DNA of 64,000 nucleotides from Clostridia bacterium (GTDB lineage Bacteria; Bacillota; Clostridia; TANB77; CAG-508): NCBI GenBank assembly GCA_048355915.1, contig DBGCHZ010000048.1, positions 2,200 to 66,199 of the forward strand, read 5' to 3'. Shown piece by piece: positions 63,826 to 64,000 of this stretch (position 1 is its first letter; each line of letters starts with the position of its first letter). The notes under the pieces were generated by a model. It saw only the letters and a program-made list of their open reading frames with translations, ran no database searches and was not told where the DNA came from. The position numbers and the translations under genes were made by a program.

Positions 63826-64000
63826 CCTCTTTCATTTCTAGAAGTTTTATCAATGTAGTAATTCCATCTTTTATAATATATCCAAAACTACGTCCACAAT
63901 CATTAACTAATTCTTTTCTACTAGAATTGATAGTTATTAAGTATTGACTGTCAATTCCATTTCCAATCCAAATACCTTTTTCTTTTGTAATATAGCTTTT
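63809..64000 (-). CDS. C-terminal fragment of an unknown protein. The 5' end lies beyond the window.
   Basis: The open frame runs to the window edge. The protein ends ...LEMKEDEDDE and overlaps the start of the YukD-like gene by 17 nt. Confidence 0.4.
   Translation of the reverse strand, partial: KSYITKEKGIWIGNGIDSQYLITINSSRKELVNDCGRSFGYIIKDGITTLIKLLEMKEDEDDE

Overview
This window is AT-rich (roughly 25% GC) and reads as low-GC Firmicute (Clostridia-like) chromosome. It is dense with housekeeping and accessory genes, most of them on the minus strand.

Recognisable core genes:
- dnaG and sigA (rpoD) as an operon
- adhE with a long leader
- pflB and pflA
- mfd, topB and leuS
- a DNA-repair block: ogg, addB, pgeF and a family-4 uracil-DNA glycosylase
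- rnc followed by a radical-SAM gene
- trmL and a TrmH-family methyltransferase
- tRNA-Gly and tRNA-Cys
- a histidine-kinase/response-regulator pair and an MscS channel
- a sortase with a thioester/CnaB-type LPVTG adhesin
- an M23 peptidase, a glucosaminidase, YitT, and a small alarmone synthetase

No CRISPR array or classical IS element was seen.

The most interesting material is non-coding or very small:
1. An unannotated 40-aa hydrophobic peptide at 4200-4322 (minus). It has a perfect Shine-Dalgarno sequestered in a CCUCCU/AGGAGG hairpin and a 5'/3' fold-back complementarity. A convergent short RNA overlaps its 3' end, driven by a consensus TTGACA-17-TATAAT promoter and sharing a bidirectional terminator. 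This is the architecture of a type I toxin-antitoxin module and looks like a new family.
2. A 213-nt GC-enriched element at 28452-28664. It is closed by 21-bp perfect inverted repeats and folds into closing stem, central bubble, internal stem and apical loop. That is the architecture of a 6S RNA; a MITE is the alternative.
3. The 5' portion of that element recurs as a 31-nt motif at 4463-4495, next to the toxin locus.
4. A GC-rich 300-bp intergenic island at 9326-9660 with its own promoter, two terminator hairpins sharing one loop sequence, and flanking direct repeats.

Other oddities:
- The LPVTG adhesin ends immediately after the sorting motif.
- A pilin-like GLUG-repeat protein sits beside a divergent XRE regulator with a palindromic operator.
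- Two adjacent ABC-transporter genes each carry a +1 C frameshift in the same CGGACCA context.
- addB has no adjacent addA.
- There is a RhuM plus replication-relaxation-like mini-island.
- A compositionally foreign small gene has a perfect promoter.
- A coiled-coil protein is built from 33-bp tandem repeats.
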